DNA of 64,000 bases from Candidatus Latescibacterota bacterium (GTDB taxonomy: Bacteria; Latescibacterota; UBA2968), in assembly GCA_965222605.1 (NCBI GenBank), contig OZ244960.1:4768001-4832000 (forward strand). The letters run 5' to 3'. The position numbers were made by a program, and so were the translations under genes. Positions 61,644 to 64,000 of the stretch are shown here, one piece after another. Within the stretch, counting starts at the first letter, position 1, and each line of letters opens with the position of its first letter. Below the pieces are notes generated by a model. The model did no database searches. It saw only the letters and a list, made by a program, of their open reading frames with translations, and was not told where the DNA came from.

Positions 61644-62369
61644 ATGTTACTCACCGAACTCGGCCAACGCCTTCGCGCTCAACGGGAACGCCTTGGCCTC
61701 AAGCAAAACGACGTTGCTAATGCCCTGCAGGTAAGCCCACAGGCCGTTTCCAAATGGGAAAGAGGTGAAAACGGCCCCGACATTGCCACTTTGGGACCTC
61801 TTGCCAGATTGCTCGGTGTTTCTACGGATTGGCTCTTGGGAGCACATGGCGAAAATCAAGATGTTTTTGATGCTACTATCTTCACCTCCACAGTTGTCGG
61901 TGCATACCAAAAATCATTACAAATGGAGGCGAGGGAGTTTGCAGCGTGGGCAAATGGCATTTTGTTTCAATTGACCGAAGCTGTTTTGCGCCACGATGGC
62001 GTTCCGCTCAGATATATGGGAGACGCATTTTTGTGTTTTTTTTCTGGCGTTCACCATCAGCTTCGCGCCGCCCAGGCAGCGGCATTTTCCCAGCGGCTTA
62101 TCGGCGAAGACCTGGTTATTGGCTTGAGCAGCGGTGAGATTTATTTGGGCGCAATGGGGCATCCCGATTACGCCCATCCCGATGTGACAGGAGAAGTGGT
62201 CAATATCGCATTTATTGTTCGAGAATGGGCAGAAACAAATATCCGCAAGGGAATTGCAGCAACGACGTCTGTGTCGAACAATCTCGATGAAATTTTTGAT
62301 ATTTCCCAACCCACAGAAATTAATTTTCGCGGCATCAAAACGCCCATCTCAATTTGCCAGATCAGATAG
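61644..62369 (+). CDS. XRE-family HTH regulator fused to a degenerate class III adenylate/guanylate cyclase domain
   Basis: LRAQRERLGLKQNDVA...VSPQAVSKWERGE..PD; cyclase core RYMGDAFLCFF, IGLSSGEIYLG and GEVVNIA. Confidence 0.85.
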   Translation: MLLTELGQRLRAQRERLGLKQNDVANALQVSPQAVSKWERGENGPDIATLGPLARLLGVSTDWLLGAHGENQDVFDATIFTSTVVGAYQKSLQMEAREFAAWANGILFQLTEAVLRHDGVPLRYMGDAFLCFFSGVHHQLRAAQAAAFSQRLIGEDLVIGLSSGEIYLGAMGHPDYAHPDVTGEVVNIAFIVREWAETNIRKGIAATTSVSNNLDEIFDISQPTEINFRGIKTPISICQIR

Positions 62370-62417
62370 GGATATACCTGCCGCGTTTGTCAACAGTCAA
62401 TAGAGAGAGGATGAAAT

Positions 62418-63869
62418 ATGGCCGATATAGTGTTGCCCGATAGCGCGACTGATATTCAAATTCCCGATTATTCGCATTTGCCTCATAAAGTCGCCGATAT
62501 GTCTCAGGCAGATTTTGGACGGAAAGAGATCACAATTGCCGAGCGCGAGATGCCCGGGTTGATGGCTGTGCGGGAAAAATACGCAGACCAGAAACCTCTG
62601 AAGGGTGCCCGTATAACGGGGTCTCTTCACATGACGATTCAGACAGCTGTGTTGATCGAGTCGCTCAAGGTGCTGGGAGCCGATGTGCGCTGGGCATCGT
62701 GTAATATTTTTTCAACGCAAGACCACGCCGCTGCTGCGATTGCACAAACGAGTACGCCGGTCTATGCGTGGAAGGGCGAGTCGCTGGAAGAATATTGGGA
62801 ATGCACTTTGCAGGCACTCAATTTTGTGGAGGGTGGACCGACACTTATTGTCGATGATGGAGGCGATGCGACATTGCTAATTCACCGGGGGTATCAGGCC
62901 GAAGACGATCCTTCGATTCTCGATGAGCCGACCGATAATCGCGAATTGGAGATTGTCAATGCGGTACTCAAGCGGCAACTCGAACGCAATCCGCGTTTTT
63001 GGCACAATATGGCCGCCGATATTCAGGGTGTGTCAGAAGAGACCACAACGGGTGTTCACCGCCTGTATCAGATGCGGGATGACGGTACGCTTCTCTTTCC
63101 CGCGATCAATGTCAATGATTCGGTGACCAAATCGAAATTCGATAATCTCTATGGCTGCCGCGAGTCGCTCGCCGATGGTATTAAACGCGCGACTGATGTT
63201 ATGGTCGCAGGGAAGGTTGTTTGCGTGTGCGGTTACGGCGATGTGGGCAAGGGATGTGCCCAGTCTATGCGGGGATTTGGTGCGCGCGTGTTGGTGACGG
63301 AAATCGATCCGATATGTGCCTTGCAGGCGGCGATGGAGGGATTTGAAGTGACGACTGTGGAAGATGCCCTTTTCGAAGCCAATATTTTTGTTACGACGAC
63401 GGGCAATACGGATATTATCCGCATTGAGCACATGGAAAATATGCTCGATCAAGCCATTGTGTGCAATATCGGGCATTTCGACAATGAAATTCAGGTTGAT
63501 AAGCTGGTTGATTACCCGAGCATTGTGCACGAAAATATCAAGCCGCAGGTCGATAAATACACGTTTCCAGATGGGCGTGCCATCTTTTTGCTCGCCGAAG
63601 GCCGTCTGGTCAATCTCGGCTGTGCAACCGGGCATCCTTCTTTTGTGATGTCCAATTCGTTTACCAATCAGGTGTTGGCGCAAATGGATCTGTGGGCTCA
63701 GCAGCGCGAAATTGGCGTTTATACGTTGCCCAAACACCTCGACGAGGAGGTTGCGCGTCTTCATCTTGAAAAACTCGGTGTGAAGTTGACCGAACTCACG
63801 CAGAAGCAGGCCGATTATATTGGCGTGTCCACCGAAGGTCCGTATAAGTCCGATCATTACCGGTATTAA
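62418..63869 (+). CDS. ahcY: Adenosylhomocysteinase (SAH hydrolase)
   Basis: [33 protein letters not shown] and GHPSFVMS. Confidence 0.98.
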   Translation: MADIVLPDSATDIQIPDYSHLPHKVADMSQADFGRKEITIAEREMPGLMAVREKYADQKPLKGARITGSLHMTIQTAVLIESLKVLGADVRWASCNIFSTQDHAAAAIAQTSTPVYAWKGESLEEYWECTLQALNFVEGGPTLIVDDGGDATLLIHRGYQAEDDPSILDEPTDNRELEIVNAVLKRQLERNPRFWHNMAADIQGVSEETTTGVHRLYQMRDDGTLLFPAINVNDSVTKSKFDNLYGCRESLADGIKRATDVMVAGKVVCVCGYGDVGKGCAQSMRGFGARVLVTEIDPICALQAAMEGFEVTTVEDALFEANIFVTTTGNTDIIRIEHMENMLDQAIVCNIGHFDNEIQVDKLVDYPSIVHENIKPQVDKYTFPDGRAIFLLAEGRLVNLGCATGHPSFVMSNSFTNQVLAQMDLWAQQREIGVYTLPKHLDEEVARLHLEKLGVKLTELTQKQADYIGVSTEGPYKSDHYRY

Positions 63870-63874
63870 CGATT

Positions 63875-63913
63875 AGGGACTGGGAGCTTATCCCCCAGTC
63901 CCCAACCTTTTTT
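63875..63913 (+). terminator. Terminator-like hairpin between ahcY and metF
   Basis: gggactggg-agcttatcc-cccagtccc followed by aacctttttt. Confidence 0.55.
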
Positions 63914-64000
63914 ATGCGATTTTTAGACTATTTTACCGGCAATCAACCAGTCATTTCCTTTGAGATTTATCCGCCGCAGACGCAGGGTGGCATGCGCGCG
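63914..64000 (+). CDS. metF: Probable methylenetetrahydrofolate reductase, 5' end (truncated by the window)
   Basis: MRFLDYFTGNQPVISFEIYPPQT matches the MetF N-terminal SFExxPP motif; follows ahcY. Confidence 0.72.
   Translation, partial: MRFLDYFTGNQPVISFEIYPPQTQGGMRA

Noticed and set aside
61388-62417. SAH or SAM riboswitch upstream of ahcY
   Set aside because: Only a short GAGCGCT match near 61407 was found; the rest of the consensus is absent, and the 48-bp spacer before ahcY is too short.
63033-63857. 274-aa minus-strand ORF
   Set aside because: It is the antisense shadow of ahcY.

Overview
This 64 kb window looks like the chromosome of a diderm bacterium. The gene repertoire (expanded PhyH dioxygenases, sulfatases, carbohydrate enzymes, ATCCT- and CATCTGTG-type intergenic repeats) suggests a Latescibacterota/Poribacteria-like organism; that assignment is an inference. 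The left half (1-35 kb) is mostly accessory catabolic and transport genes: an SSS symporter, gluconolactonase, TonB, two CurA-like oxidoreductases, MFS, sulfatase, uxuA, an EF-hand esterase, a large UshA-like/tetraheme/thioredoxin-fold fusion, lepB, a tandem duplication of a two-domain PhyH gene, higBA, prs, queC and hemJ. It ends in a GC-rich three-gene block bounded by a 27-bp direct repeat next to tmRNA. The right half is a long minus-strand housekeeping run (tRNA-Asp, mfd, PPIases, hslR, ftsEX, nrnA, argF, nucleotide-sugar genes, ssrA), then a decayed IS200/IS605 tnpB element, a very large CPBP protease, plant-type ilvC, an orphan RND pump and a methyl-cycle cluster (regulator-ahcY-metF). 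The strongest lead is an XRE-HTH protein fused to an apparently inactive class III nucleotide-cyclase domain heading ahcY-metF, with tandem candidate operators upstream; it may be a new SAM/SAH-sensing regulator. Other leads are the atypical PhyH paralogues with a coupled micro-ORF, an FtsE with a degenerate Walker A plus a truncated EnvC, and an SRP-like structured RNA before argF. All calls rest on motifs read by eye; no database searches were run.
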